The notes beneath the pieces are model-generated. The model saw nothing but the letters and a program-made list of their open reading frames with translations, searched no databases and was not told where the DNA came from. From NCBI GenBank assembly GCA_913048435.1, contig CAJWWC010000005.1:15148-79147 (forward strand): 64,000 bases of DNA, in the 5' to 3' direction. The translations under genes and the position numbers were made by a program. Positions 39,477 through 49,167 of this stretch are shown one piece after another (the stretch's first letter is position 1; each line of letters begins with the position of its first letter). Origin of the DNA: an uncultured Flavobacteriales bacterium. Lineage in GTDB: Bacteria; Bacteroidota; Bacteroidia; Flavobacteriales; UBA7312.

Positions 39477-39965
39477 TTAATAGTATCGATATTCATTAGA
39501 TGTCATTAACGAATAATAGACCATTTCAGCATCTATTTCTTGATGGCTATAAATGTAATCTGTCAAATACCACTTTTCAAATGCATTGGGTGTTCTATTA
39601 AAAATAGTTTCGTAGGTCTCTTGAACAAATTGCTTTACCGTTTGCTCAGTTGATCGGTCGATATTAGGAATTTGACTATTCTCATCCGAAATGAACTTAC
39701 GAATAATCATTTCTATTACAATTGATTTATCGCCAAAGGATTTATACACTGTTATGATATCATCAAGTTCGCCTTGTGAAATGTTTTGAGCATACAAATC
39801 ATTGAAAGCAATGGATACAAATTCAATGTCTGTTTTTAGTCTGTTTTTATCGGCAGAGGCTTGGTTGATTTCAACATTTTCTAGTTCAAATAAATAATTG
39901 GGGTCTTTGGAGCAAGCAACTATTAAGCATGTACAAATAAGACTTATGTAAAAATGATTTTTCAT
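39477..39965 (-). CDS. Lipoprotein with two DUF4214-like repeats
   Basis: Lipobox LIVAC followed by SKD. Repeats are FVSIAFNDLYAQNISQGELDD... and FVQETYETIFNRTPNAFEKWYL...SNEYRYY. Confidence 0.55.
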   Translation of the reverse strand: MKNHFYISLICTCLIVACSKDPNYLFELENVEINQASADKNRLKTDIEFVSIAFNDLYAQNISQGELDDIITVYKSFGDKSIVIEMIIRKFISDENSQIPNIDRSTEQTVKQFVQETYETIFNRTPNAFEKWYLTDYIYSHQEIDAEMVYYSLMTSNEYRYY

Positions 39966-40825
39966 TCTATTCCTAGATATTCGTCTGTTATTAAAATACG
40001 TTTTTGTAATTCCTTATAATCGTTATCAGTCTTAAAAAGGGTAGTGAGTTCGTAACTTTCTGATGAGCTAGGGTCACGGAATAATATCCTATTATAAATA
40101 TTGATTACTTGACCTTCATAATAGCCGTCGTGGTTGAAAAATAAATCGTTAAAATCTGATTTGCTATTTCCATTACCTCCAAAACAAACTGCTTGTTCAT
40201 CGTCCAACATATTAACACCATGTTCTATTTCATATTCTGTTGGGTATCTATGTAAAAAATTTTGATATATAGAAACTACATAATTAAAACTACCCATATT
40301 AATTTCGTCATAAATGAAATTATCTACGCATCTAGCTTGAATCTCTTTAATATTAGCCGCATTAGCTTTCATGTCGTCAGTACTGTTGTAAAGTAGATAC
40401 AATTTTGCTAAACTTTCTTCAATCTCTTGTGTTTCAAAAGGGTCGTCGCTATTTTCTAATGCTTCTTCAAATCCATAAATGTAATCTTCTCTTATTTGAT
40501 TGGTATCTACTCCATTGATTAAATCTTGTCTAATAATATTAAACATATTGTCGTAGTATTCCTCTTTGGCTTGTACGCTTTTTACTAAATGTTCTCGACT
40601 TTCTATAGTTACCTCCTCATCTAATAGGTTTTTTGCTGAATTGAACTCATCAATATTAGGCTCTCTTCCTAACATGCTAATGTATAGTTTGTTGATGTAA
40701 TTTTCTTTGATTACTCGATCTATGGTGTTGTCCGGCGGAGCTACATTATTTGGGATAACCTCCGTAGATTCCTTACTACAGCTGAACACTAAAGCGAGGG
40801 CAATCAAGAAAAGGGTATTACGCAT
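39962..40825 (-). CDS. Lipoprotein with three DUF4214-like repeats
   Basis: Lipobox LVFSC followed by SKE. Repeats are INKLYISMLGREPNIDEF..., VSIYQNFLHRYPTEYEIEHG... and INIYNRILFRDPSSSESYEL... Confidence 0.55.
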   Translation of the reverse strand: MRNTLFLIALALVFSCSKESTEVIPNNVAPPDNTIDRVIKENYINKLYISMLGREPNIDEFNSAKNLLDEEVTIESREHLVKSVQAKEEYYDNMFNIIRQDLINGVDTNQIREDYIYGFEEALENSDDPFETQEIEESLAKLYLLYNSTDDMKANAANIKEIQARCVDNFIYDEINMGSFNYVVSIYQNFLHRYPTEYEIEHGVNMLDDEQAVCFGGNGNSKSDFNDLFFNHDGYYEGQVINIYNRILFRDPSSSESYELTTLFKTDNDYKELQKRILITDEYLGIE

Positions 40826-40833
40826 CTAAAGAA

Positions 40834-42222
40834 TTATTGATTTAACTCTCTAAATTTAGAAAAAAAGTGTGGAATAGTTTCTATGCCTTTAAAATAGTTG
40901 AATAAACCAAAGTGTTCATTTGGGGAATGGATAGCATCACTATCTAATCCAAAGCCCATAAGAATAGATTTTACACCAAGTTCTTTTTCAAATAGCGCTA
41001 CGATAGGAATACTTCCACCACTTTTTATTGGTACGGGCTTTTTACCGAAGGTAGACTCCATAGCAGCGCTTGCTGATAAGTAAGCTGGACTATCTGTAGG
41101 TGCTACATAAGGTTTTCCCCCATGATGTGGATGTACTTCTACTTTTACACTCTTTGGTGCAATGGCCTTGAAATGGTCTTCAAATAGCTTTGTAATTTCT
41201 TCATCTGTTTGATTAGGAACTAGACGCATAGAAATTTTAGCAAATGCTTTTGATGCAATGACTGTTTTTGCGCCTTCTCCGGTATATCCGCCCCATATTC
41301 CATTAACATCAAGAGTAGGGCGTATACCTGTTCTTTCCATAGTTGTATAGCCTTCTTCTCCATGAACATCGTTGATGTCTAATGCCATTTTATATTGTTC
41401 TAAAGAAAAGGGAGCCCTCGCCATATCAGCTCTTTCTTGTGAAGATAATTCGACCACCTTATCGTAAAAACCGGGAATAGTGATGTGGTTATTTTCATCT
41501 TTCATGGATGCTATCATCTCGCATAAAATATTGATGGGGTTGGCAACGGCACCTCCATATAAGCCAGAATGTAAATCTCGATTTGGACCTGTTAACTCTA
41601 CTTCTACATAGCTCAATCCTTTAAGACCTGTAGTGATAGATGGCGTGTCATTAGCAATGATTCCTGTATCAGAAATAAGAATAGCATCGCACTCCAAACG
41701 TGATTTGTTAGACTTAACAAAATCACCTAAATTATCAGAGCCGACCTCTTCTTCTCCTTCAATCATAAACTTGATATTACACGATAATGAGTTGGTTCGC
41801 ATCATCAATTCAAATGCTTTGACGTGCATAAACATTTGTCCTTTATCATCACAAGCCCCTCTAGCAAAAATAGCGCCATTTGGATGTATGTCTGTAGTCT
41901 TAATAACGGGGTCAAAAGGACCGCTTTCCCAAAGCTCTAAAGGGTCGGCAGGTTGAACATCGTAATGACCATAGACTAAAACAGTTGGTAGCTGAGGGTC
42001 AATGATTTTTTCACCGTAGACAATGGGGTATCCTTTAGTGGAGCAGATTTCTACCTTGTTGGCACCAGCTTTGATTAAATGCTCTTTAACGGATTCGGCA
42101 CAAGCGTAAACATCATGTTTGTAAGTGGGGTCTGCACTAATGGAGGGAATTTTAAGTAAATCTATTAATTCCTCTACAAATCGGTCTTTGTGTTCTTGAA
42201 TGTATTTCTTAATGTGTTCCAT
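40834..42222 (-). CDS. M20-family dipeptidase/acyl-amino-acid hydrolase
   Basis: 462 aa with GHYDVQP, ARGACDDKG and MIEGEEEVGS metal-site motifs. Confidence 0.85.
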   Translation of the reverse strand: MEHIKKYIQEHKDRFVEELIDLLKIPSISADPTYKHDVYACAESVKEHLIKAGANKVEICSTKGYPIVYGEKIIDPQLPTVLVYGHYDVQPADPLELWESGPFDPVIKTTDIHPNGAIFARGACDDKGQMFMHVKAFELMMRTNSLSCNIKFMIEGEEEVGSDNLGDFVKSNKSRLECDAILISDTGIIANDTPSITTGLKGLSYVEVELTGPNRDLHSGLYGGAVANPINILCEMIASMKDENNHITIPGFYDKVVELSSQERADMARAPFSLEQYKMALDINDVHGEEGYTTMERTGIRPTLDVNGIWGGYTGEGAKTVIASKAFAKISMRLVPNQTDEEITKLFEDHFKAIAPKSVKVEVHPHHGGKPYVAPTDSPAYLSASAAMESTFGKKPVPIKSGGSIPIVALFEKELGVKSILMGFGLDSDAIHSPNEHFGLFNYFKGIETIPHFFSKFRELNQ

Positions 42223-42224
42223 AA

Positions 42225-43739
42225 TTAAACGAGACTATTTCCTGTCATTTCCTTAGGGATGTCTATTCCCATAATTGTTAATATTGTTGGGGCAATATCG
42301 CCCAATTTTCCGTTACTTAAATGCGTGTAATCGCTGTTCAATAAAAAGCTTGGTACTAGATTAGTGGTATGTGTTGTGTTAGAACTACCGTCAGTATTAA
42401 TAGCAAATTCGGCATTGCCATGATCGGCAATAATGATAAAGATATAATCGCTTTTTAGACCCACTTCAACAACTTCTTTAGTGCATTGATCTACTGTTTC
42501 AACAGCTCTAATGATGGCTTCATAATTGCCAGTATGTCCAACCATATCAGCATTGGCAAAATTCAAACATACAAAGTCGGCTCTAGCATGTTTTAGCTCA
42601 GGCACAATTTTAGCTACAACTTCATGAGCGCTCATCTCGGGTTGTAAATCATAAGTAGAGACTTTTGGGGAATTTACCATCAGTCGCTTTTCTCCTTCGA
42701 ATTCAGTTTCTCTGCCACCAGAAAAAAAGAAAGTAACGTGCGGGTATTTTTCTGTTTCAGCAATACGTATTTGCTTCAATCCATTTTCGGCAATGACTTG
42801 TCCGAGTGTATTGTTGAGGTTATCTTTTTCAAATATAACGTTAACTTTTTTGAAACTTTTATCGTACATAGTCATAGTGGTATAGTGTAAGTCTAAAGTA
42901 TGCATATCAAACTCTGTCATATCTTCTTGAGTAAGTACATTAGTGATTTCTCTACATCTATCTGTTCTGAAATTAAAACATATCACAGCATCACCGTCTT
43001 TGATCCTTGCTACAGGGTCATTTTTATCATTTACACAAACTATGGGTTTTATAAATTCGTCTGTAACACCATCATCGTAAGAATTTTGAATACTCTGTAC
43101 TATATCTTTTGTGGACTTTCCTTTACCTTTAGTTAATAAATCGTAGGCTTGTTTTATACGTTCCCAGCGATTATCTCTGTCCATAGCGTAATATCTGCCA
43201 CAGACTGAGGCTATCTTTGCACCATAAAGATTTTTTTTTAATTTTTCTAAAAATCGTTTGGCACTCTTTGGGTCGGTGTCTCTGCCGTCTGTAAAGGCAT
43301 GTACATAGACTTCTTTTACTTTAAATTTTTGTGCTAAGCGACATAGTTCGAATAGGTGTTTATAATTGGAGTGGATGCCACCATCAGAAACAAGTCCTGT
43401 AAGATGTAAAGCTTTTTTGTTTTTATTAGCATAGTCAAATGAGGCTATTAGGTTTGACATTTTCTCAAGATTACCTTCAGCACATACTTTATTGATTTTG
43501 GCTAAATTTTGATAGACAACTCGTCCTGCTCCAATATTCATGTGTCCAACTTCAGAGTTACCCATTTGGCCTTCCGGTAGTCCCACTGCTAAACCATCAG
43601 TTTGTAATTCAGCATTGGGGTATTTTTTATAAAGTGAGTCTATAAAAGGAGTATTAGCATTGTGAATAGCATCCGATTTAGTTTTATCTCCATGTCCCCA
43701 ACCATCTAAAATCATTAAAATTAATTTTTTTCTTCTCAT
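42225..43739 (-). CDS. gpmI: 2,3-bisphosphoglycerate-independent phosphoglycerate mutase
   Basis: LMILDGWG, GNSEVGHMNIGAGR, ADHGNAE, 504 aa. Confidence 0.95.
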   Translation of the reverse strand: MRRKKLILMILDGWGHGDKTKSDAIHNANTPFIDSLYKKYPNAELQTDGLAVGLPEGQMGNSEVGHMNIGAGRVVYQNLAKINKVCAEGNLEKMSNLIASFDYANKNKKALHLTGLVSDGGIHSNYKHLFELCRLAQKFKVKEVYVHAFTDGRDTDPKSAKRFLEKLKKNLYGAKIASVCGRYYAMDRDNRWERIKQAYDLLTKGKGKSTKDIVQSIQNSYDDGVTDEFIKPIVCVNDKNDPVARIKDGDAVICFNFRTDRCREITNVLTQEDMTEFDMHTLDLHYTTMTMYDKSFKKVNVIFEKDNLNNTLGQVIAENGLKQIRIAETEKYPHVTFFFSGGRETEFEGEKRLMVNSPKVSTYDLQPEMSAHEVVAKIVPELKHARADFVCLNFANADMVGHTGNYEAIIRAVETVDQCTKEVVEVGLKSDYIFIIIADHGNAEFAINTDGSSNTTHTTNLVPSFLLNSDYTHLSNGKLGDIAPTILTIMGIDIPKEMTGNSLV

Positions 43740-43848
43740 TTAACGCAAAGATAGTTGCTTTATAGCCAATTCAATACTAAAATATGCTAAAGTTAGATGA
43801 TTAAACTATTTTACTTTGTACTTTATAAAAAAATAATTTTCTATAATT

Positions 43849-44226
43849 TTAGGGATATAATAGACGATCTAATTTTTTCAGATCATTAGGAACCAGAATG
43901 TATTTCTTTTTACGAATTTTGTAAGTTATTTTACAAACTGTATCTGAATTCCAAACTTTTTTGTTTTTGTAAGCGAATACTTTTAGAGAATCCCCTTTAT
44001 TAAATTTTAAAGGATTTAAATTAAAGTCTAAATATCTATTATGTGCTTTAATGGATTGAATTTTAAATAAAGAATCGTTTTCTGGGGCAATAAATTCGAA
44101 GTGATAATTTGTTCCACTACCTGTTTCTGGACGCCCACCAACCCAATCCTGGTATGAGGACGACACTAGAAATTCTGTCGTGTTACAAGAGAAAAAAATT
44201 GACAATATGAGTAATTTGTTTTTCAT
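43849..44226 (-). CDS. Small lipoprotein of unknown function, last gene of the carotenoid operon
   Basis: The ATG at 44226 gives MKNKLLILSIFFSC (lipobox). The ORF-track start at 44244 is a TTG. Confidence 0.5.
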   Translation of the reverse strand: MKNKLLILSIFFSCNTTEFLVSSSYQDWVGGRPETGSGTNYHFEFIAPENDSLFKIQSIKAHNRYLDFNLNPLKFNKGDSLKVFAYKNKKVWNSDTVCKITYKIRKKKYILVPNDLKKLDRLLYP

Positions 44227-44244
44227 TTTTGCAATCAAGATCAA

Positions 44245-44694
44245 TCATAGTTGAGCTTTAGCTTCTTTCCAAAATTTTAAGGGAACAATTAACATTCCAA
44301 AACACTTACCATTTTCTTTAACTCGACTTTTATGATGTACTCTATGTGCTTTTCTTATGGCCTTGAAATAAGTTAAAGTTGTTCGTTTAAATAATTTTAT
44401 GCGTTGATGAATAAATATTTCATGTATTATAAAATATGCAAAGCCGTAAAGAGTTATACCGATGCCAACAAATAGTAATGTAGAGCCTAATATCATAAAT
44501 ACAGCTCCAGGTATAGCGAATATTAGAAAAAAAGCATCATTATTTTCAATTATTTTATTTTTATTTACTTCATGATGGTCTTTGTGTAAATTCCACAAAA
44601 ATCCGTGCATTACATATTTATGTGTAGCCCAAGCTATAAATTCCATTAACAAAAATGTAAGAATAACAATTGAAATGTTTAGAACTATATTCAT
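44245..44694 (-). CDS. crtZ: Beta-carotene 3-hydroxylase (fatty acid hydroxylase family)
   Basis: 149 aa membrane protein with the His boxes HKYVMH, HKDHH, HEIFIHQR and HRVHHK. Confidence 0.85.
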   Translation of the reverse strand: MNIVLNISIVILTFLLMEFIAWATHKYVMHGFLWNLHKDHHEVNKNKIIENNDAFFLIFAIPGAVFMILGSTLLFVGIGITLYGFAYFIIHEIFIHQRIKLFKRTTLTYFKAIRKAHRVHHKSRVKENGKCFGMLIVPLKFWKEAKAQL

Positions 44695-44703
44695 ATTAGT
44701 AAA

Positions 44704-45246
44704 TTAAGCAATTAAAACTTTGTTGTGTAAATTTGATTTTGTCTTTAAAACTCTACTTAAACATATTTTAAACCAAGGTGTAAATAAATGTGGTCTTAAT
44801 TTTATTTCATTTAATAGATCATTAACAGCTATATATCGATATTCTATTACTTCGGAAGGATTAGGTTTTGGTGTTTTATCAGAAAAACCAATAAAAACAT
44901 GATCAAGTTCATTTTCAACTAGTCCATTATTAAACGATGCATTATAAATGAAATTAAAAGCATAGAATATATCGCATTTTATACCCATTTCCTCTCTTAG
45001 TCTTCTTTCTGCAGCAAACTTAACTAATTCGTTTAATCTAGGATGGCTACAAGCTGTGTTGCTCCATAGACCTGCTGTATGATATTTGTTTAATGCACGT
45101 TTTTGTAGTAGCATTTCACCTTTGTAATTAAAAATAAAAACCGATAGAGCTCGGTGTAAAAGACCTTTTTGGTGAGCTTCAAGTTTGCCTACTTTACCAA
45201 TGTAATTATCATTTTTATCTACTAGTATAACTTGTTCTTCCATCAT
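44704..45246 (-). CDS. idi: Isopentenyl-diphosphate delta-isomerase, type 1 (Nudix fold)
   Basis: LHRALSVFIFN, WSNTACSHP and ENELDHVF motifs. Confidence 0.85.
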   Translation of the reverse strand: MMEEQVILVDKNDNYIGKVGKLEAHQKGLLHRALSVFIFNYKGEMLLQKRALNKYHTAGLWSNTACSHPRLNELVKFAAERRLREEMGIKCDIFYAFNFIYNASFNNGLVENELDHVFIGFSDKTPKPNPSEVIEYRYIAVNDLLNEIKLRPHLFTPWFKICLSRVLKTKSNLHNKVLIA

Positions 45247-45706
45247 TTAAGTTTTTAAAAATTGGCATTATAAATTGTTGTAATTCATCTGAGTTTATTG
45301 TGATATTATTCAATATAAATTGACTGTCCTCCTCCATGTTAAGTTTGTAATCTAAAATGGCAGGAGTACCGTCTTGTACACAAAATCGTAAAAATCTTAG
45401 TTCGATATCATTAGGGTAGAGACTAATCACTTTTTCTAATTGTTCTTTACCTTCTATAAACCATTTAATTTTATGTATAGGGTTAAAAGTAAATTTGCTC
45501 TGAAGTAAAATGGCGATAGCGTGGTATGTAAAATTCTTATAATCGCTTTTAATTGAGCTATTTTTAGTCAATTTATATAATTTGTTAGCCTTATTTTCTT
45601 CAAATGAGGCTTCTATGTATAATTCTCTAACCTCGGAAAGATTTAGTTCTTGCGCTTGAGTGTTAATTACAGATAAAAATAAGGATATGATTACCCAAAA
45701 TCTCAT
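45215..45706 (-). CDS. Exported helical protein of unknown function embedded in the carotenoid operon
   Basis: Signal peptide MRFWVIISLFLSVINTQAQ. There is a 4-nt ATGA overlap with the crtB stop and a 32-nt overlap with the idi start. Confidence 0.5.
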   Translation of the reverse strand: MRFWVIISLFLSVINTQAQELNLSEVRELYIEASFEENKANKLYKLTKNSSIKSDYKNFTYHAIAILLQSKFTFNPIHKIKWFIEGKEQLEKVISLYPNDIELRFLRFCVQDGTPAILDYKLNMEEDSQFILNNITINSDELQQFIMPIFKNLNDGRTSYTSR

Positions 45707-46542
45707 ATCAAATTAAATTGATTCTTGACCATGGATTGTAGCATCAAACTTATCTTATTAGAATTAGGAATTCTGATACGCTCTTGTAAAATTCTCGAAG
45801 ATGGTAAGGATTTAATCTTGCGAAATAAATTGTAATAATATATATAAGCCAAATAGACTCCTCCTCTAGAACTAAATGGTAGTTTTTTAATCCCAACAAG
45901 AGCTTCAGCGAAATCAATTTCTATATCTTCTTCTATTTTTTGTTTATCTTCTTCAGAAAAGTTAACCATATTAACTCCAGGAAAATAGGTTCTTCCAAGG
46001 TATGAAAAGTCGCTGTTAGCATCTCTTAGAAAATTAACTTTTTGAAAAGCCGAACCTAAACTCATAGCACTTGGTTTGAGAGATTCATATTGTTCTTCAT
46101 TACCTTCAACAAAAACTTTTAAGCACATTAGACCAACAACTTCGGCTGACCCTAAAATGTATTTATTGTATTTATCGGTATCATAGGTTTGCAATTCATC
46201 CAAATCCATTTCCATGCTTTGTAAGAAAGTGTTGATAAGCTCCCATTCAATGTTATAAGTGTGTACTACTTTCTGGAAACTATTTAAGATAGGGTTTAAG
46301 CTAATCTTATCTTCAATAGCATCGATAGTATCTTGTTTGAATTTGTGAAATAAACGGTGTTTATCATAGTTATGAAAGGTGTCAACTATTTCATCAGCAA
46401 AACGGACAAAACCGTAGATTCCATAGATTGGAGCATGTAATCTGTTGTCCAAGGCTTTGATGCCAAAGCTAAAACTTGTACTGTAAGCTATTGTTGTCAG
46501 CTTACTACATTTGTCAGAGACATTATCAAAAATATACTTCAT
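45703..46542 (-). CDS. crtB: Phytoene synthase
   Basis: SYSTSFSFGI, FVRFADEIVD and NFLRDANSD (the two Asp-rich regions of squalene/phytoene synthases). Confidence 0.9.
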   Translation of the reverse strand: MKYIFDNVSDKCSKLTTIAYSTSFSFGIKALDNRLHAPIYGIYGFVRFADEIVDTFHNYDKHRLFHKFKQDTIDAIEDKISLNPILNSFQKVVHTYNIEWELINTFLQSMEMDLDELQTYDTDKYNKYILGSAEVVGLMCLKVFVEGNEEQYESLKPSAMSLGSAFQKVNFLRDANSDFSYLGRTYFPGVNMVNFSEEDKQKIEEDIEIDFAEALVGIKKLPFSSRGGVYLAYIYYYNLFRKIKSLPSSRILQERIRIPNSNKISLMLQSMVKNQFNLI

Positions 46543-46544
46543 GA

Positions 46545-48017
46545 TTAGATAAGGTTAGATTCTACAATATGTTTTGCAACGACTTGCCCTGAAATAATAG
46601 AGGGTGGCACGCCTGGTCCGGGTACTGTCAGTTGGCCTGTGTAGAATAGGTTATTTATTTTCTTGTTAATGATTTTAGGTTTTAAATTTGCTGTTTGAAG
46701 AAGAGTATTTGCTAAGCCGTAAGCATTGCCTTTATAAGCATTGTAATCGTTTTCAAAATCGTTAACACAATAACTTCTTTTGTACTCAATGTGCGCTTTA
46801 ATATTTTGTCCTGTAAACTTTTCAAGTCGATTTAGCATTGTGTCAAAATATTTTTCTCTAATACTTTCAATATCTTTAAGTCCTGGTGCAATAGGCATCA
46901 AAAAGAAGATATTTTCTTTACCATCAGGAGCTACACTTGGATCCGTTTTGGATGGACAACAAACGTAAAATAGCGGTTTGTTTGGCCACTTTGGATTAGT
47001 ATAAATTTCATTAGTGTGCTGCTCAATATCTTCATCAAAAAATAAATTGTGATGGATAATTTTATTGATTTTTTTATTTACGCCAATATAAAATAATAAG
47101 CTTGAAGGGGAAAAAGTTCTTCTTTGCCAGTAACTCTCATTGTAATTTCTAAATTTTTTTGGAATTAATTGGCTGTCAACGTGGTTATAATCTGCAGAAC
47201 CGACTAGCACATCCGTTTCAAATGTTCTTTTGTCTGTGACGATTGATTGGATAGTTTTATCTTTGATGTTGACAGAATGTACAGCCTCATTGGTATGAAA
47301 TTCAACACCTTGTTCTAAACAAATTTCTTTGAAAGCATCAATGACTTTTCCAAAACCACCCATGGGGTAGAAAGTACCCTTTTTTATGCCTGAGTAAGTC
47401 ATTAGACTGTATAGGGCTGGAGTTTGGCTAGGAGCAGTTCCTAAGAATAGTACTGGAAATTCTAACAACGATTTTAAATATTTATTATTAAAATACTTAG
47501 CTACATGCTTTCTGTAAGAAGTAAATACTTGTAGTTTAAAAATATTAGAAAATAACTCAGGTTTACATACCTCTGATAGAGATAGGCCAGGTTCGTAAAC
47601 TAGCTGGTTGATTCCGAAGTCATATTTAAACTCGGCTTCTTTCATAAATTCGTCTAACTTGTAAGATGAACCCTTTTCAAAATTTTCGAACATTTCACGA
47701 ACTTCAGACCATTCAGAAGACAGTTTCATTGTTTTTTGTTGTTCAAAGATAATTTGAAATCCGGGGTTTAATTGAACAAGCTCAAAGTAGTCACTTGCTC
47801 TTTTATCAAATTGAGTAAAAAATTTATCGAATACATCTGTCATCCAATACCAGCTTGGCCCCATATCAAATGTATAGCCTTCAGCTTCAAATTGTCTAGC
47901 ACGACCGCCGATATTCGAGTTTTTTTCAAAGACACTAACTTGGTGCCCTTCTTTTGCAAGAAAGGCAGCAGTGCTTAATCCTGAAAACCCACTACCTATG
48001 ACTGAAATTTTGCTCAT
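46545..48017 (-). CDS. crtI: Phytoene desaturase
   Basis: ISVIGSGFSGLSTAAFLAKEGHQVSVFEKN FAD fold, 490 aa, C-terminal FYTGQLTVPGPGVP. Confidence 0.9.
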   Translation of the reverse strand: MSKISVIGSGFSGLSTAAFLAKEGHQVSVFEKNSNIGGRARQFEAEGYTFDMGPSWYWMTDVFDKFFTQFDKRASDYFELVQLNPGFQIIFEQQKTMKLSSEWSEVREMFENFEKGSSYKLDEFMKEAEFKYDFGINQLVYEPGLSLSEVCKPELFSNIFKLQVFTSYRKHVAKYFNNKYLKSLLEFPVLFLGTAPSQTPALYSLMTYSGIKKGTFYPMGGFGKVIDAFKEICLEQGVEFHTNEAVHSVNIKDKTIQSIVTDKRTFETDVLVGSADYNHVDSQLIPKKFRNYNESYWQRRTFSPSSLLFYIGVNKKINKIIHHNLFFDEDIEQHTNEIYTNPKWPNKPLFYVCCPSKTDPSVAPDGKENIFFLMPIAPGLKDIESIREKYFDTMLNRLEKFTGQNIKAHIEYKRSYCVNDFENDYNAYKGNAYGLANTLLQTANLKPKIINKKINNLFYTGQLTVPGPGVPPSIISGQVVAKHIVESNLI

Positions 48018-48025
48018 TTTCAGTA

Positions 48026-48718
48026 CTATGATTTTACGAATTCATAAAATTCATTTCTTGTTTTATTCGATTTAATAAATTCCCCAGTTAATTTCGAGGT
48101 TTTCATAGATGTCCCGTGGTGTCCTACGCCTCTGCATTGTACGCAGTTGTGTGAGGCTTCAATCATTACTGCCACACCTTTGTTATTATCAACAATTTTA
48201 TTGATAGCATCGTGTATTCTAACGGTAAGATTTTCTTGAATAGCACCTCTTCGAGCGTAATGTTCAACAATTCTATTCAGCTTACTTAAGCCAATAATTT
48301 GTTGGTTGATTTGAGGGATATATGCTATGTGTGCTTTTCCAATAATAGTTTGGTGGTGGTGTGAACACATTGATATAATTGGAATATTACCCTCAAAAAT
48401 GATTCCATCATATTCGTAATTGGGGAAAGTTGTAATTTTTGGAAAAGCATTGTAACGCCCTGCCCATAAGTCATTTACATAAGCTTTAGCTACTCGTTTT
48501 GGAGTTTCCATAGAGTTAGGATCGTTTTTCCAATCGCAACCCAAAGCATCTAAAAACTCACCAAATTTAACGGCTGCTTTGTCAATCATTTCAAGCTTTT
48601 CCTCATCGTTTAATGCACCGTTAATATTTATGCCATCGGCAAAGCCTATATTTCTAAGTTCAGGATTTAACTCGATGATTTGAGTTGATGATCCATTAAT
48701 AATTTTGTTATTTTCCAT
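48026..48718 (-). CDS. folE: GTP cyclohydrolase I (FolE type 1)
   Basis: METPKRVAKAY, MCSHHHQTIIGKAHIAYIP and HNCVQCRGV motifs. Confidence 0.9.
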   Translation of the reverse strand: MENNKIINGSSTQIIELNPELRNIGFADGININGALNDEEKLEMIDKAAVKFGEFLDALGCDWKNDPNSMETPKRVAKAYVNDLWAGRYNAFPKITTFPNYEYDGIIFEGNIPIISMCSHHHQTIIGKAHIAYIPQINQQIIGLSKLNRIVEHYARRGAIQENLTVRIHDAINKIVDNNKGVAVMIEASHNCVQCRGVGHHGTSMKTSKLTGEFIKSNKTRNEFYEFVKS

Positions 48719-49127
48719 AGTATTCTACAAAGTTGTTTTCTGTTTCATACAATTTTACACTGTATAATTTGTTTCCTGTAGCTATAATTTCGCTTTCTAA
48801 TTCTTCATAAATTTTTATTGCGATATTTTCAGCTGTAGTTATAGTATCTCTCATAAAGTCGACTTCAAGGTTCAAGTTTTTATGATCCATTTTGTCAACA
48901 ATTCTTTTTTTGATAATACCACTTAATAATTTCAAATCTATAACATAACCTGTTTGATTGTCAACCGAACCTTCAACTGTCACAAACAATATATAATTGT
49001 GTCCATGCCAGTTTTTGTTGGAGCACTTTCCAAATGTTTGCTCATTTTTTTTGTCAGACCAGTTTGGATTGAACAAACGATGGGCAGCATTAAACCTTTC
49101 TCTACGTATAACTTTTACGGTTTTCAT
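48708..49127 (-). CDS. 6-pyruvoyl-tetrahydropterin synthase, eukaryote-like type
   Basis: FGKCSNKNWHGHNY, DHKNLNLEV, TTENIA and LYSVKLYETENNFVEYYGK closely parallel animal PTPS as I recall it (GKCNNPNGHGHNY ... VYETDNNIVVY). The ATG at 49127 is preferred over the TTG at 49160. Confidence 0.85.
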   Translation of the reverse strand: MKTVKVIRRERFNAAHRLFNPNWSDKKNEQTFGKCSNKNWHGHNYILFVTVEGSVDNQTGYVIDLKLLSGIIKKRIVDKMDHKNLNLEVDFMRDTITTAENIAIKIYEELESEIIATGNKLYSVKLYETENNFVEYYGK

Positions 49128-49162
49128 TTTGTATAAACTTTCGTTGTTAAAATTATACAAAA
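49127..49162. promoter_or_regulatory. Operator copy 1: TTTTGTATAA-N16-TTATACAAAA (perfect 10-bp arms)
   Basis: Read directly from the sequence. It lies in the 58-bp gap between the PTPS start (49127, minus) and the SDR start (49186, plus). Confidence 0.7.
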
Positions 49163-49167
49163 ATGCT

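Noticed and set aside
49128-49160. TTG start at 49160 for the PTPS gene
   Set aside because: It would place the operator inside the coding sequence and add 11 non-conserved residues. The ATG at 49127 starts at MKTVKVIRRERF, which is typical for PTPS.
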